Of a stretch of 64,000 nt of DNA, positions 1-9,599 are shown one piece after another. The notes under the pieces were generated by a model, which saw only the letters and a list, made by a program, of their open reading frames with translations, ran no database searches and was not told where the DNA came from. A program made the translations under genes and the position numbers. The stretch is from Acidobacteriota bacterium (GTDB lineage: Bacteria > Acidobacteriota > Terriglobia > Terriglobales > Acidobacteriaceae). Where the stretch lies: positions 230,413 through 294,412 of the forward strand of contig JAJZBZ010000004.1 in assembly GCA_021846275.1 (NCBI GenBank). Direction: 5' to 3'. Within the stretch, counting starts at the first letter, position 1. Every line of letters begins with the position of its first letter.

Positions 1-513
1 ACGGCTGAGGGCATCCTGCGCCATACGCAGATTCCGGCGCTGTCGGTCGGCCCGCGGACTCCGCTGCTTCATGGCGACGCGCTGGAGATGAGGCGGATTC
101 TTTTTGTCACGAACAATGCGTCGGGCGCGGCTACAACGGCGCAGCTTGCGCTGGATGTGGCGGCGGCGTTTGGAGCGGAGCTGGACGTGCTGAATATCAT
201 CCATCCCAAATCGGTGGAAGGCACGCTCAACGAGCCGCACGAACTCTATGCCCGGCATGACGAGACCGAGGCCGCGCTGCCGGACCATGCGCACGAGCGC
301 GTCGAACTGCGCACATTTGTCAGCGTGGGCCAGCCGCGCACGGAAATTCTGAAGCATCTGCGCGAGCGCGGGATCGACCTGCTGGTGATGAGCCTGAATG
401 CGGAGACGCAACTGGAGATGCAGGGCAATCTGTCGGGCGCGTTTCCCATCATCGCCGAGGCGGTCTGTCCAGTGCTCACGCAGGTGGCCGTCACGCCAGC
501 GAACGGGGATTGA
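1..513 (+). CDS. Universal stress protein (UspA) family, 5'-partial (probable tandem-USP protein; second domain complete)
   Basis: Frame 1 is open from base 1 (..AEGILRHTQIPALSVGP, a typical USP-domain end). It runs into tracked ORF 88..513: RILFVTNNASGAATTAQLALDVAAAFGAELDVLNIIHP...IDLLVMSLN...AEAVCPVLT, the USP alpha/beta pattern. Confidence 0.7.
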   Translation, partial: TAEGILRHTQIPALSVGPRTPLLHGDALEMRRILFVTNNASGAATTAQLALDVAAAFGAELDVLNIIHPKSVEGTLNEPHELYARHDETEAALPDHAHERVELRTFVSVGQPRTEILKHLRERGIDLLVMSLNAETQLEMQGNLSGAFPIIAEAVCPVLTQVAVTPANGD

Positions 514-544
514 AGCGGACGTTCCTTGCTCGTACACTGAGAGC

Positions 545-985
545 ATGAAAACTTTCACGCTGGACGAGGCGCAGTCGTTGCTGCCGCTGCTGGAGTCGCT
601 GCTGAATCGCGCGATCGAAGCTCGGCAGTCCGCGCAGGCAATCGAGGACGAGCTGACCGAGCTTTCGCAGCGGATTTTTCTGATGGGTGGCGTGCGCGTC
701 GATCTGGAGCGCGTGATGCAACAGAAGGCCGAACTGGAGTCGTACGGCAGGCGCGCGAAGGAAAGCATCGCTGAGATCGATGCAATTGGCGTGCAGGTGA
801 AGGACATCGAGACAGGCCTGCTGGATTTTCCCTGCCGCGTGGAGGGCGAGATCGTGCTGCTCTGCTGGAAGCGCGGCGAAGCGGAAATTGCCTTCTGGCA
901 CACGGTGGAATCGGGGTTTCGCGGTCGTCAGGCGATTGATGATCGATTTCGTCGGCGCACGGCGCTGGGCGAGCGTCCGAACTGA
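545..985 (+). CDS. DUF2203 family protein
   Basis: ATG at 545 inside tracked ORF 398..985. MKTFTLDEAQSLLPLLESLL, a coiled segment, then VQVKDIETGLLDFPCRVEGEIVLLCWKRGEAEIAFWH match the DUF2203 pattern as I remember it. The upstream part of the ORF overlaps the USP gene out of frame. Confidence 0.65.
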   Translation: MKTFTLDEAQSLLPLLESLLNRAIEARQSAQAIEDELTELSQRIFLMGGVRVDLERVMQQKAELESYGRRAKESIAEIDAIGVQVKDIETGLLDFPCRVEGEIVLLCWKRGEAEIAFWHTVESGFRGRQAIDDRFRRRTALGERPN

Positions 986-1133
986 GTCAGAATCGAACGC
1001 TGACGCGCGGCGCCGCTGTGGTACTCTGCGCTCAGTTCCGGATGGAAAAATTCCGCGAGGCTCTCATCGGCCCTGCGACCGAGGAGCGCAGCTTTTGCCG
1101 GATCGCCTGAAGGATTCCTTGCAGCGGGATGCA

Positions 1134-2450
1134 ATGCTGGCCGAACCGGCGGAACAGCTCAGCGCCGCAACGGCGCGCCGGATTACCTGGCGGCTGATTC
1201 CGCTGCTCGCCATCGGCTACTGCGTCGCCTACATCGACCGCATCAACATCAGCTTTGCCGCGCTCCAGATGAATCGCGATCTCGGCTTCAGCGCGACGGT
1301 TTACGGCCTCGGCGCGGGACTGTTTTTCCTCAGCTACTCGGCCTGCGAGATTCCGTCGAATCTGATGCTCCATCGCATGGGCGCGCGGCGCTGGATGGCG
1401 CGCATTCTGCTCACCTGGGGAGCGCTGGCGATGGCCATGGCGCTGGTGCGCACGCCGCTTGAGTTTTACGCTGTTCGCCTGCTGCTGGGCGCGGCGGAGG
1501 CGGGATTTTTCCCCGGCGTTCTCTACTATCTGACGCTCTGGTTTCCGCGCTCGATGCGGGCACGCGCCATCAGCCGGTTTTACGTCGCGCTGCCGCTGAG
1601 CACGGCTGTGATGGGTGCGCTTGCGGGCGCTCTGCTGGGCATGCAGGGCAGGCTCGGACTGGCCGGGTGGCAGTGGCTCTTTCTCGTCGAGGGATTGCCC
1701 GCCATCCTGCTCAGCGGTGTCTTCTTTCGCCTGCTGCCGGACAAGCCCGACGACGCGAGCTGGCTCACCGGCGATCAGCAGCGGGAGATCGATGCCGCGC
1801 TCGCGTGGGAGGCCGCGCTGACGGCGAAGCAGAACGCGCCATCACCGCTTGCTGACCCGCGCGTCTGGCTCTTTGGCCTTGCGAACACCGTGATGCTGGC
1901 CGTGCTTTACGCCTTCACCTTTTCCGCGCCGACGATCTTTCAGGGTTACACCCACTGGAGCGTGGATCGCATCGGCAGCTTTGTCTCCGCGATGGGACTG
2001 GTCGGCGTCATCGCGATGGTGGGCAACGGCTGGCACTCCGACCGCACCGGCGAGCGCTATGGCCACGCGATGGTGCCCGCGTTCCTTCAGGCCGCCGCGT
2101 TTCTGGCTGCGGCCTTCTCGCGCACTCCCACCGTCGCCGTGCCGCTGCTGGCGCTCACGTTTGTGCTCTTCGCATCCATGCAGGGGCCGCTGCTCATGCT
2201 GCCGACCACGTTTCTCAGCGGTCGCAATGCAGCCGTGGGCCTCGCGACGATCAACATGATCGGCATGGTCGGCGGATTCTTCGGCCCTTACCTGATGGGC
2301 ATTCTGCGTGACTGGACGGGCAGCTATCGCGCAGGCACGGCGCTGCTGGCCGCGCCCATGCTTGCCTTCTGCGTGATCCTCGTTGTGCTGCGCCGGATGA
2401 CAGCGAAAACTTCTGAGCCACCGACATTGCCAGCGGCGCGGAAACAATGA
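1134..2450 (+). CDS. MFS transporter (anion:cation symporter-like, tartrate/galactonate/phthalate permease type)
   Basis: ATG 1134 inside ORF 888..2450. Multi-helix hydrophobic pattern. IDRINISFAALQMNRDLGF and LAGWQWLFLVEGLPAILL motifs are typical of ACS-family MFS permeases. Confidence 0.85.
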   Translation: MLAEPAEQLSAATARRITWRLIPLLAIGYCVAYIDRINISFAALQMNRDLGFSATVYGLGAGLFFLSYSACEIPSNLMLHRMGARRWMARILLTWGALAMAMALVRTPLEFYAVRLLLGAAEAGFFPGVLYYLTLWFPRSMRARAISRFYVALPLSTAVMGALAGALLGMQGRLGLAGWQWLFLVEGLPAILLSGVFFRLLPDKPDDASWLTGDQQREIDAALAWEAALTAKQNAPSPLADPRVWLFGLANTVMLAVLYAFTFSAPTIFQGYTHWSVDRIGSFVSAMGLVGVIAMVGNGWHSDRTGERYGHAMVPAFLQAAAFLAAAFSRTPTVAVPLLALTFVLFASMQGPLLMLPTTFLSGRNAAVGLATINMIGMVGGFFGPYLMGILRDWTGSYRAGTALLAAPMLAFCVILVVLRRMTAKTSEPPTLPAARKQ

Positions 2451-2469
2451 CCATGCGTCGGTGAACGAT

Positions 2470-2501
2470 CGTCATTCCGTGTGAATTCACAGGGAATGAC
2501 G
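2470..2501. terminator. 32-nt near-perfect palindrome between convergent genes (putative bidirectional terminator)
   Basis: cgtcattcc-g-tgtgaattcaca-g-ggaatgacg with a single G/G mismatch, 20 nt after the MFS stop, followed by TTTT on the + strand. It shares the cattcc/ggaatg core with the repeats at 28364..28496. Confidence 0.5.
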
Positions 2502-2509
2502 TTTTGCAA

Positions 2510-3589
2510 TTACTTGCCCGCCGCGCGCGGCTGCGGCTGTCCGCCTGGATTCCACGCCGGTTTCCACGACGTGGAGGCCAGCCAGCGCACGGGTGCGATC
2601 ATCGAGTTGATGCTGTGCGTCAGGAAATCGAAATCGATGCGCGACAGTTCGTCCGATGGACGGTGGTAGTCCGTGTGCAGGCCAAAACTGGAGACGGTCT
2701 GCGCGACGATGCCGTGGAGCGCGAGGTTGTAGTTGTCCGAGCGGCGAAAGAAATGCTGCTCCGGATGCGGGTCCGCGCTGATGGCCGCGCCGCGGCTGGC
2801 CAGCATGGGGCCAAGATTGGAGCGGTTGTAGCCGGTCAGCCAGAGCGTGCGCTGGGGCAGCTTCGGGTCGGGCCGTCCGATCATCTCAAATTCGAGATTG
2901 GTCACGATGTCGGCGAGCGGCACCGGCGAGTGATCCAGGAACCAGCGATTGCCGTAGCCGCCCAGTTCCTCAGAGCCAAAAAGCACGAAGAGAATCGACC
3001 GGCGCGGGCGCGGCCCGTGGCTGAGCGCGCGCGCCAGCTCCAGCACGGCCGTCGTGCCGGAGGCGTCATCGTCGGCACCGTTGTAAATCGCATCGCCGTT
3101 GACCGGCGTACCCATGCCCAGATGATCGAGATGCGCCGTGAGCAGGATGACCTCGTTCGGTCCATTGTCCTTCCAACTCGTGCCGCGCAGCAGTCCCATC
3201 GCGTTCCAGGTTGCCGGGCGCGGCACAGCGTCCGTGCCCAGATGCTTCAGATAGCGCAGCACGCCGCTCGGCAGCGGATTGGGAATTTCGCCGCGCTGCA
3301 CGTAGCCGCCATCCTCCTGCGCCACGCTCGGCAGCGGTTCCAGGCCAAACGACTGAAGGAGCGAGGCGGCGTAGAGCGCGGCGATGTGCTCGTCGCGCGT
3401 GCCGGAGCCGCGACCGTGCATCGCGTCCGAAGCGAGGAAGTTCATATCCGCGTGCACGCATGCGGCGCACACAGCCTGCGCGTCGTGTGCCTTCGCGCGC
3501 GCAGCGACGGGGTTAAGCACCAGTACGAGGACCAGGGCGAGCAGCAGGGAACTGAGACCGACATTCCAGCGAAAGCATCGTTGCGTCAT
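2510..3589 (-). CDS. M28 family metallopeptidase (aminopeptidase), secreted
   Basis: ATG 3589 within ORF 2510..3715 gives the signal peptide MTQRCFRWNVGLSSLLLALVLVLVLNPVAARA. HGRGSG, LLTAHLDHLG, GADDDASGTTAVLELARAL and FVLFGSEELGGYG are M28 zinc-ligand blocks. Confidence 0.85.
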   Translation of the reverse strand: MTQRCFRWNVGLSSLLLALVLVLVLNPVAARAKAHDAQAVCAACVHADMNFLASDAMHGRGSGTRDEHIAALYAASLLQSFGLEPLPSVAQEDGGYVQRGEIPNPLPSGVLRYLKHLGTDAVPRPATWNAMGLLRGTSWKDNGPNEVILLTAHLDHLGMGTPVNGDAIYNGADDDASGTTAVLELARALSHGPRPRRSILFVLFGSEELGGYGNRWFLDHSPVPLADIVTNLEFEMIGRPDPKLPQRTLWLTGYNRSNLGPMLASRGAAISADPHPEQHFFRRSDNYNLALHGIVAQTVSSFGLHTDYHRPSDELSRIDFDFLTHSINSMIAPVRWLASTSWKPAWNPGGQPQPRAAGK

Positions 3590-3820
3590 GCTGCGAATTG
3601 TATCGTCTCGTCCGGCGGATGCGCAGTCGGCAGAATCCGCGCGCGACAGGGAGCGCGCGGCGTGGGCCGATGAGCGTTTCCGCCTGCGCCCGCGTCCATC
3701 CGTCAAACAGCGCATTCCGGACAGGGGTTGGATTTTCCGCCGTGCGGGAAGCGATAATCTGAGCAGACACCACTGAGTTCTTCCCGAAGCAAGCGAAGGG
3801 TGGAACAGGACTGAGACCGA

Positions 3821-4993
3821 ATGCCCGTCCTCCGCCGTTTTTTTTCGCGTTTTTCCGGCCAGCGCACCGCGCCGCAGAAGACCTTCGTGTGCCTGCTGGC
3901 CGCGATGCTCATGCTGAGCATGACCAGTTGCAGCAATGAATTCTTTACGCCCGTGAACAATACAACGACGGCATCGGGATCGACCACCTCGATCTACGTG
4001 GTGAATGTGAGCAATACGGGCAGCGGCGGCACGCTCTCGGAGTATTCGCTGACCAGCGGAGTGGTGGCCGCGATCTCCGGTTCGCCGATCACGCTGCCAG
4101 CCACGCCGACCTCGGTCGTCGTCTCGCCGAACAATCTTTTTGTCTTCGTGGGCACGCAGATCGGCGTGCTGATGTACACGATCGGCGCGGGCGGCGCGCT
4201 GACCCAGGGCAACAATGGAACGGTGATTTATTCCGGTCCGGCGGCGGTGCAGAATCTGGCCGTGGACGCGACCTCATCCTGGCTCATCATCACCTATAAG
4301 GATTCGTCGGAGATTGACGCGGTGGCCATCTCGCCGCTCACGGGACTGACCCAGACGGGTACGCCGGTTTCCGCCACGCTGGTTTCTCCCACGCCGGTCC
4401 AACTGGCCATCTCTCCGGCCAATAACAGTGTCTTCGTCGCCGAGGGCAGCGGCGGCACGGATGCCTTCGGCTTCACGGCGTCGGCGGCCTCGCCGTGGGG
4501 GCCTGCGCCGTTCCACATTCCGCTCGCGACCAACAGCTCGGGGGCCAACGCCGTCGCCGTCGATCCCAGTTCGACCTATCTGTTCATCGGCGAAGCCACG
4601 TCCAACATTCTTCGCCAGTTTGCCATCAGCAATCTGGGTGCGCCCATGAATTCCTTCAGCGCGGGCGCGTCGCCGTCGGCGATTCTCTCCGATCCCACCG
4701 GGCAGTATGTCTATGTGGCGGATTACTCCACCAATCAGCTCACAGGTTTTTCGCTCAATGCCGGCACGCTGGTCGGTTTGAGCGACTCGCCCTTCGCCAC
4801 GGCGAAGTCGCCCGATGTGATTGCCGAGGACAGCACGAGGAGCTACGTGGTGGTCACCGGGTTTGGCAACAATCCCGACCTGTGGGTTTACAGCTATGAC
4901 ACCGTCACCCCCGGCACGCTGGATGTGGCAACGACATTGACCACGGGCACGACCGACCCATCCTACGCGATCGGACTGGCGCTTACGCACTGA
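3821..4993 (+). CDS. Lipoprotein with lactonase-type 7-bladed beta-propeller repeats
   Basis: Lipobox LSMTSC after a basic N-terminus. Recurrent blade-like units: VVVSPNNLFVFVG, LAVDATSSWLIITY, LAISPANNSVFVAEG, VAVDPSSTYLFIGE, ILSDPTGQYVYVADY, VIAEDSTRSYVVVTG. Confidence 0.7.
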   Translation: MPVLRRFFSRFSGQRTAPQKTFVCLLAAMLMLSMTSCSNEFFTPVNNTTTASGSTTSIYVVNVSNTGSGGTLSEYSLTSGVVAAISGSPITLPATPTSVVVSPNNLFVFVGTQIGVLMYTIGAGGALTQGNNGTVIYSGPAAVQNLAVDATSSWLIITYKDSSEIDAVAISPLTGLTQTGTPVSATLVSPTPVQLAISPANNSVFVAEGSGGTDAFGFTASAASPWGPAPFHIPLATNSSGANAVAVDPSSTYLFIGEATSNILRQFAISNLGAPMNSFSAGASPSAILSDPTGQYVYVADYSTNQLTGFSLNAGTLVGLSDSPFATAKSPDVIAEDSTRSYVVVTGFGNNPDLWVYSYDTVTPGTLDVATTLTTGTTDPSYAIGLALTH

Positions 4994-5063
4994 GTCTCAA
5001 TGACAACAAGTGAACGAACCGCGTGGCAACGGCCTGAAAAGAAAATCCCAAAGGAAAAGAAAG

Positions 5064-5111
5064 CCCCGAAATCTGCTGCGCCTTGTCCTTGCGGCGCAGC
5101 AGATTTCGGGG
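5064..5111. terminator. Bidirectional rho-independent-type hairpin (19-bp perfect stem)
   Basis: ccccgaaatctgctgcgcc (5064-5082) pairs with ggcgcagcagatttcgggg (5093-5111), with a 10-nt loop. It lies between convergent genes 3821..4993 (+) and 5164..6147 (-). Confidence 0.75.
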
Positions 5112-5163
5112 GATGATCCAGGGAGTTGCCCTACGGAATTCCGGCTTCTGTGAAGGAGCGCGT

Positions 5164-6147
5164 TTACGCGCTCGGCGCGCCGCCGGTGCACGCCAATTCA
5201 AGTGTTGCCGCTCCCATGATCGCCGTTTGCAGGCTGTAGGCCGTGGTTCCGCTGCCCTGCGTGAGGAACGGTCCCAGAGCAGCCGCCGCCGAGGCCGATC
5301 CGTTGTAGACCGCCGTCAGCATGTCGGTCGATTCGTAGCAGGCGTTGTCGGCGGGAATGATCGAGACTCCAGCAAACGTGGAGCCGCTTGGAATGGCGCG
5401 GGCCAGCGAACGATGCTCGGCTTCGACGCCGAGAATCGCGGCGCAGATTTTGGCGAACTCCGACAGATCGGCAGCCGTGTAAGCTGAGCCGCTGGCCGAG
5501 GTCTGCGTCGAGCTGTAGGGCGAAACGCCGCCAATCATCAGGCTGAACTCCTCCACCGCCGTCATGTACGCGGCGATGAAGGCCGTCTCCAGCGCGACCA
5601 GCACGGTGAAGAAATTGGTCAGCGTGCTGAAGGTTCCGGTCGGGAAATAGAACGTCTGCACAGGGTCACTGGTCGATGCGCTGATGTTCAACTGCGTGCG
5701 CATCAGGTTGGCGTGTTGAATCTCTTCGGAAAGCGCGCCCCTCAGATAGCCCACGTTGGCCACGCTGCCCGTGGAGGAGACGCTGGTGGCCGTGCCACCC
5801 GTTCCGGCCAGGTTGGGATCCTGAATCACCGCGCCCACCAGGGCGTTGTAGTACATCGTCGTGGCCAGGTCTTCGGCGATCAGGGCGGCGGTAAAAATCT
5901 GCTGCGCCGTGTCGGCTGTAACCATGTTGGACTGGGCCATCGCGGTGGTGCCGCTGCTGCCGCAGCCGGTGAGCGCCGCTGTTCCAGCCACGGCCCCGGC
6001 TACGCCGATTCCAGCCAGAAATCGACGTCGGTTCATCGCCTGAATGGCGGCGTCCATGCGTCGAATGGACTCGACGCCAAAGGAAGCGGTGATTTCCCGC
6101 TCCGTGTTGCGAAGCGGAGACAGGTTGCGAAAACGTTGCAAGAACAT
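5164..6147 (-). CDS. Ferritin-like domain protein with twin-arginine (Tat) signal and lipobox
   Basis: MNRRRFLAGIGVAGAVAGTAALTGCGSS is a Tat motif plus lipobox. Ferritin-like helices: IAEDLATTMYYNAL, LSEEIQHANLMRTQL, ALETAFIAAYMTAVEEF, GVEAEHRSLARAI. Start chosen at ATG 6147 because of CAGGAGGGCACC-ATG. ATGs at 6057 and 6036 are alternatives. Confidence 0.7.
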   Translation of the reverse strand: MFLQRFRNLSPLRNTEREITASFGVESIRRMDAAIQAMNRRRFLAGIGVAGAVAGTAALTGCGSSGTTAMAQSNMVTADTAQQIFTAALIAEDLATTMYYNALVGAVIQDPNLAGTGGTATSVSSTGSVANVGYLRGALSEEIQHANLMRTQLNISASTSDPVQTFYFPTGTFSTLTNFFTVLVALETAFIAAYMTAVEEFSLMIGGVSPYSSTQTSASGSAYTAADLSEFAKICAAILGVEAEHRSLARAIPSGSTFAGVSIIPADNACYESTDMLTAVYNGSASAAAALGPFLTQGSGTTAYSLQTAIMGAATLELACTGGAPSA

Positions 6148-6236
6148 GGTGCCCTCCTGAAGTGGGAACGAAGCACGCAACGGAATGGATTGGCCCCGAA
6201 AAAAAATTTTTCCAGGCTGTTATTCTGAGGGGGACG

Positions 6237-7466
6237 TTGCGACTCCCTCCGGTACAAATCGACAGTTGCCGCCTGCGCTCTCAGGGTCGATGGAGCGCGC
6301 CGCTGCTCTGCCTTCTGCTCGCCAGCGCGCTGTCCGGCTGTGATCGATTCCGCCCCGTGCGGCATGAGTATGTTTATGTCTCCGCGCGCGAGGTCTACCT
6401 GCGGGATCGCGTCGCGGACGTCTCCAATCGCGTGGCATTGGTGAAAAACGGGCAACGGCTGGAGGTCATCGAGCACGGTCGGCGTTTCGACAAGGTGCGT
6501 ACCGACGACGGCAGAATCGGCTGGCTCCAGGAACACACCATCATCGATCAGCAGGAGTTCGACAAATACCAGCAACTGGCCAGCGCTCACGCCGAGGATC
6601 CCGTCGTCGCCACGGCGCAGCTTCGCGACGATCTCAATCTGCATCTGACGCCGGGCAGGCAGACGGATCACTTCTACCTGTTGCCGGGCAATAGCCATGT
6701 GAAGCTGCTCGAGCGCGCCGCGATTCCACATGCGGTTCCCGGCGCGGTTCCCGGCCCGGCTTCCACTGTCAGCGCAAAGAACGCGAAGTCAGTTGCAGCG
6801 CCGGTGCCCATGGAGGACTGGTGGCTGGTGCGGGACGACAAGGGCGACACCGGCTGGCTGCTCGGCAGCCGCATGGATGTGGATATTCCCGATGCGATTG
6901 GCGAGTATGCCGAGGGTCAGCGCATGATGGCCGCGTATCCACTGGCTACGGTCATCGATGACGGGCGGGCGCCGCGCGACGCCCGTCGGCGCGGCAGAAG
7001 GGAATCGCGCGCAGAAGCCGTACAGCCGGATGCCGGAGACGCTTCGGACGCCGCACCCACTGCGCCCACGCGGGAGATCGAGTATCTGGTGCTGCTTGCG
7101 CCCAACGACAGCGGCCTGCCGTATGACTTCGATCAGGTTCGCGTCTTCACCTGGAGCCTGAATCATCACCGCTATGAGACGGCCTATCGGCTGCGCGGAT
7201 TTCAGGGATTCTTCCCCGTCGCGATGACGCGGGAGACCGTGGACGGCGTGGCGGAGCCAGTCTTCTCGTTTCGCATCGCCGACGCAACGGGGTCCGCCAT
7301 CGATCCGCAGACGGGCATTCCCCATCCGCTTGCGGCGCGCACGGTGAGCTTCCGTCTGGAAGGCAACATCGTTCGCCGCACGGGCGCTGACCAGGCTCCC
7401 ATTGAGACGCACACAGAGGCCAGCGCCGAAAAGTCCCGCCACGCAGCCGCGCGCAAGCGTCGTTAA
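6237..7466 (+). CDS. SH3b-domain lipoprotein
   Basis: Lipobox LLASALSGC. SH3b-like segments: VALVKNGQRLEVIEHGRRFDKVRTDDGRIGWLQEHTII and WWLVRDDKGDTGWLLGSRMDV. The start is uncertain: TTG 6237 (GAGGGGG upstream) is preferred over the track's GTG 6162. Confidence 0.6.
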   Translation: MRLPPVQIDSCRLRSQGRWSAPLLCLLLASALSGCDRFRPVRHEYVYVSAREVYLRDRVADVSNRVALVKNGQRLEVIEHGRRFDKVRTDDGRIGWLQEHTIIDQQEFDKYQQLASAHAEDPVVATAQLRDDLNLHLTPGRQTDHFYLLPGNSHVKLLERAAIPHAVPGAVPGPASTVSAKNAKSVAAPVPMEDWWLVRDDKGDTGWLLGSRMDVDIPDAIGEYAEGQRMMAAYPLATVIDDGRAPRDARRRGRRESRAEAVQPDAGDASDAAPTAPTREIEYLVLLAPNDSGLPYDFDQVRVFTWSLNHHRYETAYRLRGFQGFFPVAMTRETVDGVAEPVFSFRIADATGSAIDPQTGIPHPLAARTVSFRLEGNIVRRTGADQAPIETHTEASAEKSRHAAARKRR

Positions 7467-7508
7467 AGCAGAGTCACAGTCGGTGTACCCGGACTCACAT
7501 TCGCCGGG

Positions 7509-7534
7509 GCTGCCGTTCTTCCAGGAACGGCAGC
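7509..7534. terminator. Hairpin between convergent genes
   Basis: gctgccgttc-ttccag-gaacggcagc, a 10-bp perfect stem, between the SH3b gene (+) and the DegT-family gene (-). Confidence 0.55.
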
Positions 7535-7576
7535 ATCCAGATTGACTCCGCTGGGCACAGTAACTGTGATTCTGCT

Positions 7577-8767
7577 CTAGCGTGACGTGCTCAGGAACGC
7601 GGCAATCGCGTCCACCACGCACTGCTGCTCGGCCTCGGTGATCTCGGCGAAGATGGGCAGCGCCAGCACTTCGCGCGCCGCGCGCTCCGACTCCGGAAAA
7701 TCGCCTTCGCAGTAACCGAGCGAGGCCAGCGCCTTCTGCCGATGCAGCGGAATCGGGTAGTAAACCTCCGACCCAATCCGCCGCTCGGTCAGGTACGCGC
7801 GCAGTTCGTCGCGTCGAGCGCAGCGAATCACGTACTGGTGCCAGACGTGGTGGTTGTCGGCGTTCTCCCGCGGCAGCACGACGCCGCGCTCAGGATGCGG
7901 CCCGCTCTCAGCCAGTCCCGCGGCGCGAAACATCCGTTCATATCGCTCCGCCGCCGCGCGACGATTCGCATTCCAGCCTGCAATATAGCGCAGCTTCACG
8001 CCGAGCACCGCGCCCTGAAACCCATCCATGCGCGCGTTCCAGCCCACCTCGTCGTGGTGATAGCGCACGCGCATCCCATGCTGGCGCAGCGAGCGCGCCC
8101 GCTCGGCAAACTCCTCGTTGTTCGTCGTCACCAGCCCCGCGTCGCCAGCCGCGCTCAGGTTCTTGGTCGGATAAAAACTGAACGCGGCAATCTCGCCCAG
8201 CGCGCCGGCATGGCGATCCCGCCAGCGCGCGCCCCAGGCTTGCGCCGCATCCTCGACGAGCAGCAACCCGTGCTCGCCGGCAAGCTCAGCGAAACCTGCC
8301 CAGTCCACGCATTGCCCGTAGAGATGCACCGGCAGCAGCGCGCGAATCTTCTCCGCGCCCGGCTCGCGCAGAGCCGCAGCCACCGCAGCGGGCGACAGGT
8401 TAAAGCTGGCCGGGTCAATGTCCGCCAGCACGGGCCGCGCGCCTGCGCGAAGTATCGAACTGACCGAGGCAAAAAAACTGAACGGCGTCGTCACCACGGC
8501 ATCGCCCGGACCAACGCCAGCCGCAGCCAGCGCCAGCCACAGCGCGTCCGTGCCCGAGGCGCAGCCCACGGCGGCGCTGACGCCAAGCTGCGCCGCTGCG
8601 GCAGCCTCAAAAGCCGCCACCGGCTCGCCCAGGATGAACTGTCGGCGGTCCAGAACCCCGCCGAGCGCCTCCATCAACTCCGCGCGCAGCGGCGCGTACT
8701 GGCGTTCCAGATCGATCATGGGCACGGCTGCGACAGTGTCAGCGGTTGGATTCATGCGAATCTGCAT
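7577..8767 (-). CDS. DegT/DnrJ/EryC1/StrS family PLP-dependent aminotransferase
   Basis: MIDLERQYAPLRAELMEALGGVLDRRQFILGEPVAAFEAAAAAQLGV..GCASGTDALWLAL...SFYPTKNL is the signature layout of this family. Start is ATG 8767 or 8755. Confidence 0.85.
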   Translation of the reverse strand: MQIRMNPTADTVAAVPMIDLERQYAPLRAELMEALGGVLDRRQFILGEPVAAFEAAAAAQLGVSAAVGCASGTDALWLALAAAGVGPGDAVVTTPFSFFASVSSILRAGARPVLADIDPASFNLSPAAVAAALREPGAEKIRALLPVHLYGQCVDWAGFAELAGEHGLLLVEDAAQAWGARWRDRHAGALGEIAAFSFYPTKNLSAAGDAGLVTTNNEEFAERARSLRQHGMRVRYHHDEVGWNARMDGFQGAVLGVKLRYIAGWNANRRAAAERYERMFRAAGLAESGPHPERGVVLPRENADNHHVWHQYVIRCARRDELRAYLTERRIGSEVYYPIPLHRQKALASLGYCEGDFPESERAAREVLALPIFAEITEAEQQCVVDAIAAFLSTSR

Positions 8768-9158
8768 TCCTTCCCTGCGATGCAAAAAATACAGGCCGCC
8801 CCAATCACTCGCGCTTCATCGGCTGTTGATTGCGCTTGCACGGGCTGTCCCGGCGCAGCGCCGCAACTCCATATTAGAACAGCCGTTTCAATGCTTCGTC
8901 CTGCTCGCACCCTTCGCTTTTCACGGCGCGAAAGGCGGCTATTCTCTCCGTCGACATGATTCCACGCCTGGTTCCCGCCTTGTTTCCATCGGGGTTCAGC
9001 GCCTATAGTGATTGTGTTCACGATGGCGGCGGATCGGCTGCCTTCGATGTACTCCGTTTTCGCCGTTCTTCCTGTTTGCACTGACGGCGAATTTTCATGA
9101 ATCAGGTCAACCCACGGTTCACGAGTGCAGTCAAAATTCAATACGAGGAGATCGGCGC

Positions 9159-9452
9159 ATGGAGAACAAGCCGGCACAAAACATTCAGGACACCTTCCTG
9201 AATACCGTCCGCAAGGACAAAACCCCCATCACGATTTATCTTGTCAGCGGCGTCAAACTGACGGGCCGAATCCGTTCCTTCGACAAATACTCGGTGCTGC
9301 TGGAAAACAACAGCCAGGAGCAGTTGATCTTCAAGCACGCCATCTCCACGGTGGTCAGCAACCGCGCGGTGATGCACGGCGCTGGCGATCATCGACCGCC
9401 AGCGATGCAGTCGGCTCCCGCCGCGCCGGGAGCGCTTGCAAATCAGGGATGA
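9159..9452 (+). CDS. hfq: RNA chaperone Hfq
   Basis: AGGAG sits 8 nt before ATG 9159. [57 protein letters not shown] aligns with the Sm1/Sm2 motifs of E. coli Hfq. Followed by hflX as in many bacteria. Confidence 0.95.
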   Translation: MENKPAQNIQDTFLNTVRKDKTPITIYLVSGVKLTGRIRSFDKYSVLLENNSQEQLIFKHAISTVVSNRAVMHGAGDHRPPAMQSAPAAPGALANQG

Positions 9453-9480
9453 TGTCGCTCGTCGCATGCGTCCTGTTTCG

Positions 9481-9503
9481 CTCATGCGAGCTTCACGCAT
9501 GAG
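9481..9503 (+). promoter_or_regulatory. Stem-loop in the hfq-hflX spacer
   Basis: ctcatgcg-agcttca-cgcatgag, an 8-bp stem. No U-run follows, so it is not a canonical terminator. Confidence 0.3.
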
Positions 9504-9599
9504 AGTGAGTTGGCACCCTGGATCGTCGTCGGGCATCGTCGCGGAGTCTTTCCCTTGCTGCGCGCCTGCGCAGCCTTTCGTCGCGCCCGGAGTCCGGCT

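Noticed and set aside
6162-6236. The track's GTG 6162 start for the SH3b lipoprotein gene.
   Set aside because: It would place the start 15 nt from the SD-supported start of the divergent ferritin-like gene (ATG 6147) and add 25 non-signal-like residues. TTG 6237 with GAGGGGG upstream gives a normal lipoprotein signal. This remains uncertain.
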